Positions 62,931-64,000 of a stretch of 64,000 bases of DNA are shown one piece after another. Every line of letters starts with the position of its first letter. Position 1 is the first letter of the stretch. The position numbers and the translations under genes were made by a program. Source of the DNA: an uncultured Phycisphaerales bacterium (GTDB lineage Bacteria; Planctomycetota; Phycisphaerae; Tepidisphaerales; Tepidisphaeraceae); assembly GCA_963755915.1 (NCBI GenBank), contig CAVWLP010000002.1, forward strand, positions 2,336,001-2,400,000, in the 5' to 3' direction. Below the pieces are notes generated by a model, which made no database searches, was not told the DNA's origin, and saw only the letters and a list, made by a program, of their open reading frames with translations.

Positions 62931-62959
62931 GTCAAGCGCGGTTGCACGGGCAGCGTTTC

Positions 62960-64000
<1,041 letters not shown>

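Overview
High-GC bacterial chromosomal window. It is probably from Planctomycetota/Phycisphaerae, inferred from the PEP-CTERM/exosortase system, a dockerin-like PEP-CTERM tail and CGYDLRATPxRCPECG zinc ribbons. More than 20 genes carry indel frameshifts, most likely read/assembly errors, so genes are reported joined across frames. (1) 1-36075 is a co-oriented surface-glycan locus: Wzc, Wzy-like polymerase, deacetylase, GT4/GT2s, WecB, exosortase with EpsI and a giant TPR protein, Wzm/Wzt flanking two GT-C proteins, and a low-GC tailoring block. It ends in an ACP-KS-small KS-like-acyl-CoA ligase module resembling coronafacic acid Cfa1/Cfa3/Cfa4/Cfa5, followed by acyl-/methyltransferases, an SDR and a CelD/BcsL GNAT. 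(2) 36295-40759 holds three exosortase-substrate-type proteins: a GH10 with PEP-CTERM and two paralogues with different sorting signals. (3) 41142-45660 has a dnaE2 remnant, AhpD-like, DUF5335-like, ClcA, MgtC and M50-CBS genes. (4) 45701-52758 is the ligase/Lhr-helicase DNA-damage operon, interrupted by a ~600-bp tandem duplication. (5) 52793-64000 encodes an SGNH esterase, a pentameric ligand-gated channel homologue, a two-TetR ABC/MFP/OMF efflux operon, two bactofilins and DegP. Non-gene signals include strong alternating G/C skew domains among co-oriented genes, and short 7-10-bp tandem repeats and palindromes, several lying in-frame inside enzymes. All family assignments are from motif recognition; no searches were run.
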